Origin: Lama glama | Lineage: Eukaryota | NCBI GenBank assembly: GCA_028534125.1 | Contig: CM052817.1 | Location: 85,872,001-85,936,000, forward strand | Length of the DNA stretch: 64,000 bases | Direction of reading: 5' to 3' | Shown: positions 53,188 to 64,000 of the stretch, piece by piece | Layout of the letters: every line of letters begins with the position of its first letter | How positions within the stretch are numbered: position 1 is the stretch's first letter | The notes under the pieces: generated by a model | The model's database searches: none | The model's input: only the letters and a program-made list of their open reading frames with translations | Told to the model about the DNA's origin: nothing | Program-made: the position numbers and the translations under genes

Positions 53188-53320
53188 TCTGCCCTGCTTC
53201 CCTTAGAAAACCTTGCCTGTGCTATGTGAAACACACCTGTCTAACTGGCAGACCTACTGAGTGCTCCAGAGTCAAGTCAATCCACAGATATAATACTAGT
53301 AAATTTTTCACAGTAGGCAT
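53188..53320 (+). repeat. Copy B of the local direct duplication
   Basis: Roughly 80% identical by eye to 51689-51822, about 1.5 kb downstream. Confidence 0.9.
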
Positions 53321-53468
53321 CATTTATTATTTTAGATAAAATGTATATGAATACATGTGATGATGTTTTCCTTCCATAATACCGTCATCTGGTCACATAT
53401 CCTACTTTGGTAGACACTGCTAGAGCTCATAGCAATATTATCAGTGAGACTTCTATACACTCTGCTAG

Positions 53469-53470
53469 AA

Positions 53471-53521
<51 letters not shown>

Positions 53522-53532
53522 AAAAAAATAAA
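53469..53532. repeat. (AAAT)n tetranucleotide repeat with A-rich end
   Basis: About 13 perfect units, read directly. Confidence 0.95.
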
Positions 53533-54305
53533 GGCTGTTCCATTAGGAAATAAATCTATTTGATACCTCGGATTATTACAACCCTTTTCCATTTGTTCTG
53601 TTCTAGGAAGAACACAGTTAAAAATTAACTTTTCTCAGGTAAGGGTCAAATAATATACTCCTAAAAGCTGCCTTTCCAGGCACTTAAAAAGAAATTTTTT
53701 TGCTACTTTTTTGAAAAATCTGAGTATGAAATATATGAAAAACCTTTCAAATTCTTTTTCATGTGCTTTCTGTAAGACAAAATGACACATACAATTTAAT
53801 TCCAAAATTCAGGAGAGCCGATATCCCCAAACTACGTATCTGTGCAAATGATTCTGCGGAAATGTAAGTAATTTATAAGGTAAAGAAAGAATGTGATATG
53901 CTTTTAATATAATCTACTAAATGAAACTTCTTCAGTGCTGTCAATCACATAAAATCTGCATGCATTTCATAATTATAATTGTCTATTTTTTTATAAAATG
54001 TGGCTTTAATAGCATTAGTAATTAACTATACTTCATTAACATGATGGAGCTGATCATATAAATTTAAAAAATTTAAAATCTGCTATGTAAAATATACATA
54101 TGAATATATCTTATTTGGGCTACTTTGTAGACTTAAAAAATGAAAAATAGTCCATTAGTCTCTCCCAAAAGACCAGACATCATTAATATTTTATAAGAAA
54201 TAAACAAATAATAATTGCCTAGTACATTAGACTACCTCCAAGCAAAAAAAAAAAAAAATTCCATTAAAATAACTATTGAACACTGACGTTTCCTTAATTC
54301 CTAGG

Positions 54306-54646
54306 ATGTTATTTTTCTAGAGCTACTAAAACAAAGTGCCACAAATTGAATGGTTTAAACAACAGAGATGTACTGTTTCACAGTTTTAAAGGCCAGAAGT
54401 CCAGAATTAAAGTGTTGGCAGGGCTGGTTCCTTCTAAGGGATGTGAGAGAGAATCTGTTCTATGCTTCTCACTCAACTTCTGGTGGCAATTGTTAGTACT
54501 CCTCAGTCTGTAGAAGCATCACCCCAGTCTTTGCCTTGTCCTTCACATGGCACCTTCCCTGTGTGTGTGCCTTTTCATGCATGCTGTCCCTTTCATAAGG
54601 ATACCAGTTATTGGATACGGCAAATATTAATGACCCCATCTTAACT
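54306..54646 (-). mobile_element. MaLR LTR, MLT1C-like
   Basis: acaaagtgccacaaattgaatggtttaaacaacag...ggccagaagtccagaattaaagtgttggcagggctggttccttct...agaagcatcacccc...ataaggataccagt. Confidence 0.9.
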
Positions 54647-55416
54647 ACTGTGTCAAATAATTTTACTTTTTAAAATAATAAATTCTAATAAAAATTCTAA
54701 TAGTGAATAATCAAATTTAAGAATAAATTATATGCAGTATAATATGAATTTTGAAGATGGGCATGTTGCCTGCATTCTGCTTCCAATAAGTCTTTCTAAA
54801 TTTATATTCCAAGGATTAGGGTATTAGAAAGCCTGTATTGCTTAGACATTAGTTACACTTGACCATCATATAACTTTTAAATTTGTCTTGATAAAATAAA
54901 TAAATTCACTTTATAAATATGATTATTCTACCTCCAGAATCACAGATAAATATGAGGTCTGAGGGGTCCTTATCCAAGACGGGTCTCCATACTGCACTCT
55001 CTAAGCGACTGCTGTTCTTAACAAAGGAAAGAAAGACTGCACTGAACTGTCCTTCCCCACCACTAGATAAACAAACAAACAGACAACAAAAACAAGCAAT
55101 AAAGATCTGAGCTTGAGGCAGAAGGGACAGAGACTCGAGCAGCCCTAGAGCCTGCCTCTGAGTCATCCTAACTTAGAGCAAAAGCAGGAACCTCCCTACC
55201 TACCAACAGTCTCAGCAGCAAAGAAAAGAGACACATTCTCTATGATGAAATCATATACAAAATAGGCATGCATGGCTTCCATAAATAAAGATGAAACATT
55301 TCTTTGTAAAGGAAAAATATAAAAAGGTTAGCCACTTATGAATGGAATTCAGCAGAAAATAAACATCTACCTATCTATCGATCCATTTACCATCTCTTTA
55401 TGTAATTGTTAATTAT

Positions 55417-55916
55417 NNNNNNNNNNNNNNNNNNNNNNNNNNNNNNNNNNNNNNNNNNNNNNNNNNNNNNNNNNNNNNNNNNNNNNNNNNNNNNNNNNNN
55501 NNNNNNNNNNNNNNNNNNNNNNNNNNNNNNNNNNNNNNNNNNNNNNNNNNNNNNNNNNNNNNNNNNNNNNNNNNNNNNNNNNNNNNNNNNNNNNNNNNNN
55601 NNNNNNNNNNNNNNNNNNNNNNNNNNNNNNNNNNNNNNNNNNNNNNNNNNNNNNNNNNNNNNNNNNNNNNNNNNNNNNNNNNNNNNNNNNNNNNNNNNNN
55701 NNNNNNNNNNNNNNNNNNNNNNNNNNNNNNNNNNNNNNNNNNNNNNNNNNNNNNNNNNNNNNNNNNNNNNNNNNNNNNNNNNNNNNNNNNNNNNNNNNNN
55801 NNNNNNNNNNNNNNNNNNNNNNNNNNNNNNNNNNNNNNNNNNNNNNNNNNNNNNNNNNNNNNNNNNNNNNNNNNNNNNNNNNNNNNNNNNNNNNNNNNNN
55901 NNNNNNNNNNNNNNNN
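55417..55916. other. Assembly gap, 500 N
   Basis: Run of N of round-number length, typical of a placeholder gap of unknown size. Confidence 0.99.
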
Positions 55917-56060
55917 AAATCTTATGATAAATCACAGAGAAAAAAATGTGACAATGAGTGTGTATATGTCCATGAATGACTGAAAAATTGTGCTGAACAC
56001 TGGAATTTGACACAACACTGTAAAATGATTATGAATCAATAAAAAATGTAAAAATAAAAA
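55917..56060 (+). mobile_element. 3' end of a young L1 emerging from the gap
   Basis: gtccatgaatgactgaaaaattgtgctgaacactggaatttgacacaacactgtaaaatgattatgaatcaataaaaaa, homologous to the L1 end at 1290-1370. Confidence 0.85.
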
Positions 56061-57603
56061 GAGTTGACTTGTATAATTTGAGTAAAAAGAACAGTTTCTA
56101 CACATTATGGTATTTTAAAACTCTTCCCTTTTGGAGAATTTAATCTAAATTTTATGAAGTAAATTTTTTAATAGATTAAATATGGGCATATGAATAGCTC
56201 AACAGTTGAAAGACACCTGAAAACATGTTAGACCATTTTATTTAAATAGAAAAGAAATAATTATTTAGTAATCTCTTTCAACACACACTGATGCTATAAC
56301 TGTGAAAAATCTATTCACTAAGCTAATATTCCTTTTACTGCTTTCCAAATAAACTTGCAAATAAGGTAAAATCAATTAGTGAGAAAAATAGGGAAAAGGA
56401 AAAAAAAAAACAACAAACCATACAACAAAATATTGGTTGAAAGTAGCAGTAGGTTATTCTTCTTAAATAGGACACAAATGATATTCAATATATTGCTCAA
56501 ATTATTTAAAATCCAAGAGGGAAAATATTAGTGTGCATAGTGATGGCTAGTCTTTTATTCTTTAAGTGTGATTTGCACTTTCATTCGACTTCCTAAACAA
56601 CTCACATCAACAGAGCTGTGACAGATTTTATTTTTTCAATCAACACTTTTCATCCACTATTTCTGTTATTATGCACTTTTGATTCTGCAGTACTGAGACT
56701 TCCTAGCTTCACATAAGAAAGTTTTTTTTATAGTTTTAGATGGGAACACTCACCTGCAAGTATATTTGAGCTTACAACATAGAAAACAAAATCGAAGTAG
56801 CTGATCAGTGCATAGAAAAACTGGGAGAACAACAAAAGCTTGACTATAGCTATAATTACGGTATCACATCATTGGGAAGTGTATTTTGACTTATCTTCTA
56901 TGGACTTTGAATCATTACAGTAAACAGTGATTACATCTGACTGATACGTATTACCCATTCCATTTTTTTTATAACATTGGGAATGTAGATTTTAATGTTT
57001 TTAAGCTATATAAATACTTAAATTTATGGAGTTCTTTACAGACTAATGACTACCTCTTGATTTCTGTGATTAGTGACTGAGAATAATGCTATAGTTTTGA
57101 GGAAAAAAATTGAAACAAATTAATATGCTGGGATTGAATTTGGACGTCAAGTAAGAGTCATCTATCTATAACAAACAGGGGTATGTAACCAGGTATTTTA
57201 ATGTATGTGATCCCTGGGGTTTATATTTCTATGAATTATCCAAATGTCTTCATCATCTTGAAGAAAGAGTTAGGAGGGAAGTAGAGAGGCAGAGTAGGAG
57301 AAACGGAGAGAGGGAGAATTTAATCCTTGGAATCATTAATTATATAATCAACATCTTGTGGGGTTTATTAATGATCTGCTCTATAAATTAATAGGTCCCT
57401 TACTAGAAAAGTCAATACCTACCTAGTTATTTCTTTCTCAGAACACATTGTCTCTGTACCACCCACAATCAAAAACTGTAATTTTATTTATCAAGAAAAT
57501 ATATATATATATGCATTTTACATATAGAAATAAACATGTGGTTCTAATTTCATGAATCAAATATAAAAACCACTTTCGTTATGTCATAATCTCAGTTTGT
57601 ACA

Positions 57604-58095
57604 CAGGTATACCTCACTGATTGCACTTTGCTTTATTGCAAGTATTACATTTTTTAAAATATTGAAGGTTGTGGCAACCCTGCATCCAGCAAGTTTATTA
57701 GCATCATTTTTTCCAACAGCATTTGCTAACTTCATGTCTCTGTGCCACATTTTTAAAATTCTTGGCAATATTTCAAATTTTTTCATTACTATCGTATTTC
57801 TTTTGGTGACCTATGATCAGTGATCTTTGATGTTACTATTGCAAAAGATTACGATTCATTGAAGAATCAGATGCTGGTTAGCACTTTTTAGCAATAAAGC
57901 ATTTTTAAATTAAGGTACGTATGTTTGTTTTTTTAGACACAGTGCTATTGCACACTTAACAGAGTACAGCATAGTGTAAACATAATTTTCATATGCACTG
58001 GCAAACCAAAAAATTTATCTGATGCCCTTTATTTCAATATTCACTTTATTGCGACAGTCTAGAACGAAACTCACAACATCTTCAGGGTATTTCTG
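57604..58095 (+). mobile_element. Tigger1 internal-deletion derivative (Tigger1a_Art-like), both ends present
   Basis: Left TIR caggtatacctc and right end gggtatttctg followed by TA. Tigger1 motifs gaaggttgtggcaaccctgcatc and ttagcactttttagcaataaag. The two ends join at ~57841. Confidence 0.92.
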
Positions 58096-58664
58096 TACTA
58101 GGGAATAAATGAGATACCACAAAAGCCACTATGGGACTGACTATAATATGCATTTCTCCTGACCTCCAGGATGCAAGCAGTCAGACAGCTCAATGCTTAT
58201 CTAGAAAGTTCAAGACTACTTGCAATTATGGCCAAGTCCTTTTCAGGGCCAGATAAAATAAAGTCCAAACTGTGTCCCAACTGACTGTATCCCTCTCAAT
58301 GCTCTGGTTCCTCATAAGTCTTCTCTGCCAATCATTTCTTTTAGGAAGCTCCTCAGCTCTTCCGTGATGAAGATTGCATTCTTCATCATTCCTCACATCT
58401 TTATCTTATGTTTTATTAATTCCTGCACTTAGTTTACTCTCTTTGATTACCTGAAGGATATTCTGTGCCACTTATTTGACCCCTGTCCCTTCTTTCTGTT
58501 TAACTTTGAATAATTTACTTGAAACAGGTGGCTGTCAAAAAAACATCTTTTTGAAAATTTCCAATATGAGTCAGAATTTTCCTTGACCTTTAAAACAAGA
58601 ACTGTAATTGAAAAACATATACATCCTAAGATTTACATGCTGCTCATCATAGTTTGTATTATAA

Positions 58665-58815
58665 AAACATCAGTCCTGAAGTCCATGTATCTGTGACTTA
58701 ATGATGAATTACTTCTTACCTATAATTTTGATCTTAGGGACTTCGGTTTTCTCCATATGGAAAATGCCAATCAGACTAGTTGATACCTAAGTCTCTTCCT
58801 GATCTATCATTCTAA
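58665..58815 (+). mobile_element. MIR3-like SINE
   Basis: ttcggttttctccatatggaaaatg...gactagttgatacctaagtctcttcctgatctatcattcta (MIR3-type tail). Confidence 0.65.
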
Positions 58816-60149
58816 GACTCGTTGCGTTTCTATATTATTATTCTATATTAAGGGGCTCTTAGATCTACTATCTATTTATGTATTTCATAGCAGTATTTGG
58901 ACCCTGTAATCTAGAATCATTTCTCATGTTATTACATTTTCCTTGGATTTACTTATATGTTGAATAGTGAGAGCTGAATTTTAAATTTTATTAAATGAAA
59001 AATTACTTCTCTAGCTTATTAGTATTCAGTATTAAAATTAGTATTTAAGATTGCTAGTATAGTATTTTTTTTCATCTGTCAACAAACAGTTGTTTTGCTT
59101 ACATCTATCATACCATCACCTTAAATATAATTCCAATTGGTTAAATGGTTTAAGGATAACTTCCTTTTGGCTGTCTACTGCATAGAAATACTCCCATAAT
59201 TTTTCTCAAATTCCCGTAGTATATAGCATATACGACTGTCTCAGATATAAAAACTACAGATATTTATACTTTTCAGAGTTAAATTTTATCTTATTTCAAC
59301 TAAATTAAATAAGATTGCTTCAGGTGAATATTCATGTTTATTTTTTATATTTTTATATTTTCAGTATATTTTATATATAAATTATATTTCTATATTATTT
59401 TATTATTTCTTTTTTATAATTTTATTCTGAATGAACATATATGATATTCTGGGTCAGAGAAATATTTATTATTTATTACCACACAGTAAATAATGCTTGT
59501 TGGCCTCCTTTGTACTCATGCTTACTCCTGGCCTGACATGATAAGACTCAATAACAATTTTTCTTACAAAGGTAGCCAGGTCCTCTATAGTTAAGGGGTG
59601 AAGAAAATGTGTTATCTTGTGTTTAGGACAGGATGGAGGCAGCCCTCCTCTGCTCCACCTGAAAGGGTCTCCTAGGAAAAGTGATGGGTCTGAGTCCTCA
59701 CTCTAGGCCTTCAGTATGTAAGTAAAATCATTCTAGCAGCCAGGAATTTTGATGTGCCTCAGCTTTTAAGGCACAGAAACATCTTCACATTCTGTGGCTT
59801 CATCCCTTTTGACATATATACAAGTAGGGAGATAACTCTCCAGGCTGCTTCCCCTGAAGAGCTTATTCTCTGGACAGAATCTGGGTTGAAACCATTTGGT
59901 TCTCTTAGGGAGGTAAGAGAAATGTTATTATCCCTTCAAATCAAAACAATTCAGTTGACAAAAGTCCTAAAATCTAATTCTTATTGTATGCGAGGAGCCT
60001 CAGGAGGCTAAGATATTTTACACTAGCACTGAGAGATCCAGGGAAATGTATTTCGCTGAATTAATATAAACTCATATAGCTTCAAGGAAATGATCAATCT
60101 GTATATAAACCTTTGCTTTGTAAAAAAATACATCTAAAACATACTAGCA

Positions 60150-60415
60150 TACAATATCTTGAGGGTTTGATTGATCTAGGCTGGTTTTAGCTAATCTTTG
60201 TTGGGCTTAGTCATATGTTTGTGTTTTGGCTGATTTATCATATGTTCTATACCTCTCCTGGAACCAACAAGTTAACATATACAAGTCTTTCTCATGACAA
60301 TTGTAGGATCACAGAATTCCAAGCAGAATTTCCCCCATTCATTTGCATTTTCAGCCTATGCTAGAAAATTGCACACCACAACTTTCACCTTCTTTCTATG
60401 ACCAAAGCTATTCCT
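60150..60415 (-). mobile_element. Old MaLR (MLT1H/I/J-like) LTR fragment
   Basis: tgatctaggctgg...ctcctggaaccaacaag...ttctcatgacaa...tatgaccaaagc. Confidence 0.55.
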
Positions 60416-60759
60416 GGCATCAGAGGTATCAAGCACTGAAAAACTGTCCAACATTTTCCATGAAAGTGACTAAAAATAATATAGAAGATGGAGGCAGACA
60501 GAGAAAATGAAAGCTTTGTTCACACAGGTTAATGTGTCATGTTTGAATTGGATTGCATGAGAACTATCCTCAAGGACAAAAGAAACAAAAATGAGATGAT
60601 GTTGGTGGTGTGGGTAATAGTAGACATAGGATATTTGATTGCCTCTGACATTTGTGTTACTTATACATATAATACATCTGGTTGTATCATTTATTCTTTT
60701 CAGACACACTTAACATTGTACCCAAAATTAGGTGTTTTAAAATGTACATATGTTTTAAA

Positions 60760-61261
60760 TGCAGAAAATTAAAATAGAAGCATCAAGATTTGAGAATGAA
60801 TATTCAAAATATGATGGCCAGACCATATATAAAAATAAAACTCTGACCACAACCTTCAAAGCAGCCAGTCCAGGAAGCCAAACCACAACATGTGTATGCT
60901 TCAATCTGCCCCAGAGAACCTGCACTTGGACAGTAACTGTCAGTTTCTTTCTTTTGCCCTCCTCTTCCCTTCCTCCCAGCTTCCCCCTCAGGACCAACCA
61001 GAGAAACATTAATGTGCTACACTAACTAATCACACTGGATGACCTGCTTCCGGTTAGCCCACCTTCAGGTTTTCCATGCCAACAACTTCCAATCAGGGCA
61101 CGCCTGAAGCCTTCCCTTTTTTCTACTGTAGTGCTTTCATAATCTCCAGGCTGGCTTTGAGTTTTTGTCAAATGTAAGTGTGGTGGTTAGCTCTCTTGCA
61201 AGCTCTATGAATATATAGCCTTTGCTTATTCTCACATGTGTGGTCTTTGTTTATTTCCACC
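60760..61261 (+). mobile_element. Solo ERV1 LTR, MER90/MER110-like
   Basis: aactctgaccacaacc...ccaggaagccaaaccacaac...ctcaggaccaaccagagaaa...tccaatcagggcacgcctgaagccttccc...gtttatttccac. Confidence 0.8.
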
Positions 61262-61299
61262 AGCACAAAAAGTATATTATGAAGACAACTCCTTACTGC

Positions 61300-62133
61300 C
61301 TACCTTATACAAACCAGCAGTTTGCTCTGTGTGTCTATCAGTCTGTTTCTATTTTGTTTTGTTTTGTCTTTTAGATTCAACATATCAGTGAGATTGTGCA
61401 GTATTCATCTTTCTCCATCTGACTTGTTTCTTTTAGTGCAATATCCTCTAGGTGCACTCCCATTGTCACAAATGGCAAGACTGTATTCCTTTATGACTAA
61501 TATTCCATTGAATATGCATAGCACATCTTCTTTTACCATTTGTCTATCAATGGACATTTAAGTTTCTCAGTTGCTCTTGGCTATTGTAAATAATGCTGCA
61601 ATGAATTTAAGGGTGCACATATCTTCTGAATTAATGTTTTTGTTTCCTTGGAATTACTAGATTGTATGCTAGTTCTAGTTTTAATTTTTTGAGGAAGCTC
61701 CATACTGTTTTCCATAGTGGCTGCACCAATTTACATTCCCCTGTACAGTGCATGAGGGTTCCATTTTCTCTACATGATCTCCAAAACTTGTAATTTTTGT
61801 CTTTTTTGATCTTAGCCATTCTGACAGTGTGAAGTGATCTCTCATTGTGGTTTTCATTTGCATTTCTCTGATGATTAGTGATGTTGAGCATCTTTTCATG
61901 TATCTGTTGGCCACTTGTTTGTCTTCTTTGGAGAAATGTCTATTCAGGTTTGCCGCCCATTTTAAAACCAGACTGTTTTTCTGATATTGAATTGTATGAT
62001 TTCTTTATATAATTTAGATAGTAACCTGTCATTGGATATTTGCAAATATCTTCTCTCCCATTCAGTAGGTTGTCTTTTCATTTTGTGGATGATGTCCTTA
62101 ACTGTACAAAAGCTTTTTAGTTTGATGTAGTCC
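61300..62133 (-). mobile_element. L1 ORF2 C-terminal fragment and partial 3' UTR
   Basis: ORF track: [51 protein letters not shown] and [22 protein letters not shown], in different frames. Confidence 0.93.
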
Positions 62134-62469
62134 CTGACATATATTTTAAAGGAGCAGTAAAATTTCTCCTGCTTAGGAAAATCTAATTTGAAAATAGTTT
62201 TGCAGATTTGAATAACAATAGATGAAAGATATGCCAACATATGATGAGATGGGAGTTTTAAATAGCATGTTACCTTCTAATATGTTATTCAGAATAAATC
62301 TCTCCTCTCAGTCAATCAGATTTCATTGCAATTATACATTCTTGTGATTAAGTGGTTCTCTTAAATGGTTGTAATACTGCTGTGATTGGAAAATTTGATG
62401 TTTTCTTTACTCCCAAGTGTAAATTATTTATTGAAGATATCCCCAAATACAGTTTATGGGATATTTCCT

Positions 62470-62590
62470 CTAATATGTCTTGATTGTAGACTACATGAAA
62501 GGAGGACTTTCTCTAGATTTTTCATATTCTTTCACAAGTGTCAAGCTAGGGCATCGCTCACCATAAGCACTAAATAACAAGTGAGTCTAA
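62470..62590 (+). mobile_element. L2 3' terminus fragment
   Basis: gattgtagactacatgaaaggaggacttt...cataagcactaaataa. Confidence 0.6.
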
Positions 62591-64000
62591 TATGTAATAG
62601 CTTTCACTAATAGGAAATAATTTCTTGTGAAATTTGTCATGTTATATGGGAAGATGTTGATTTTGAGTCTGGCTTAGAAATATAGGATAGACATATTTTT
62701 CTGTGTCATTATATGTGCTAACAGTTAGAGGTTAGTTACTAAGTATTTTTGTTTTCCTTGTCCAGGCTTATGAATTTTACTTGCAAAAATCTTTTTCTTA
62801 GGTACTTACTTCTAATCTTTAAGTCTCCTTTGAAATTCATTGTTTCTGTGGGTTTTTTGAATTTATAAGCTTTAAAGAGACACAGTGATTTATAAATAGC
62901 CTACTAGAGGCTTAACAGAAATAGAAATATTTTACACTTCAATAGCACATTATTTCAGACTAATGCTGTATAACCTCTTAAAAATACAATTTAGTTAAAC
63001 TATTTAATTGTGCTATATATATATATATAAATATTTGTTATTTTGTCTCTGTCCCTCTTGGAATTAAATATTACACAAAACAAAATATTTGTTTTCCATC
63101 AATTGCTATCTATATGACAAAGCATTTATAAAGCTGTGGTGACAAAAGAATACACATTGTAGACAAAACAAATATTCTTTCAGAATTCAATTTCAAAGAT
63201 TACAAAAAGTAAATCTTTATATTATGACCAATGATTTAATAGTACAAAGTACTATAGTAATGTACAACCTAAACCTTAGGATTTGTCTTCTTAATTTTCA
63301 CCCTTTAAAATAGTCACATTTTTAAAATTAAGAAATTATTTTAGATGACTTCACAATGTTTAATATATATAAAGTTCTTACAATAGTACCAATATTTTCT
63401 TGATGCTCTATGATTGCCTGCTATTGTTATTAGTGTTAGCACTACTCTTATTAAGGATTATTTAGGTAGACATTTCAGAATAAATTTTCACTAGCTGTAA
63501 GGTATAATATCATCAAGATTCATCTATTATAGCATTAGATGAAAAAGAAAGATGTTTGTGGCTCCATCCACCCACTTATAGGGGAATAAAAATACTTCAC
63601 AGCTATAAAAATAAGACAAAGTCCTTAATCACACTGGCAGTGGTCATTGCATTTAATTTTCCATGGTTCCTTCACAAGTGTTTTTATCAATCTCTTGAGA
63701 ATCCAATTCTCACTTGAAAGTGAAATGATTCAAGTTGAGATTGTATAATTGGTTTATACTCATTTGCAGTTATAAGCTAGAAAATCTTAAAAGAAAAACA
63801 ACCTTTGAGCAAAGAACAAGGGATGTGACTGGGCCTGGATATGCTAACTGGTGACCTTGAAACTCTTCCTCCCTTTGTTTGCTTGCTTGTGTTTTGAAGT
63901 GTTTGTTAGTTACTGTGGTACAGAGACTATGGATCCTGCTGGGTATTTTTATGTAACTTGCCTCTGGAAGGAAAATACTATAAATTTTTATGAGTGCAAT

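Noticed and set aside
53356..53450. gtgatga C-box-like motif suggesting a C/D snoRNA
   Set aside because: No properly placed CTGA D box or terminal stem.
55387..56013. 208-aa and 173-aa ORFs in the ORF track
   Set aside because: Artefacts of translating through the N gap.
62765..62801. Possible 36-nt + strand exon after ttttccttgtccag
   Set aside because: Weak donor (gtactt), two frames closed, unrecognised peptide.
1..64000. CRISPR array, operon or other prokaryote-type system
   Set aside because: The sequence is mammalian, with no regularly spaced repeat-spacer array and no long ORFs.

Overview
This is AT-rich eutherian (mammalian) non-coding DNA, either deep intronic or intergenic. It contains no recognisable intact protein-coding, rRNA or tRNA gene and no CpG island. 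Most of the window is fossil transposable elements, assigned by eye from remembered consensus motifs, so subfamily names are approximate. These include L1 fragments of several ages (one 5'-inverted, several with target-site duplications, TSDs), many L2 and MIR remnants, about ten solo ERV1/ERVL/MaLR LTRs, two ERVL-class internal remnants (pol and dUTPase-like), and DNA transposons (MER20, a Tigger1 deletion derivative, MER119-like). There is also an exactly 500-N assembly gap. The L1 3' UTR style and the absence of obvious ruminant, pig or primate SINEs suggest a cetartiodactyl, possibly a camelid (inference). I did not find a convincing new biological system. The best leads are a MER41-like LTR keeping a perfect STAT GAS site plus an IRF-type motif, an old local ~130-200 bp duplication with an exon-like layout, a possible ancient Tigger remnant, and two isolated candidate exons.
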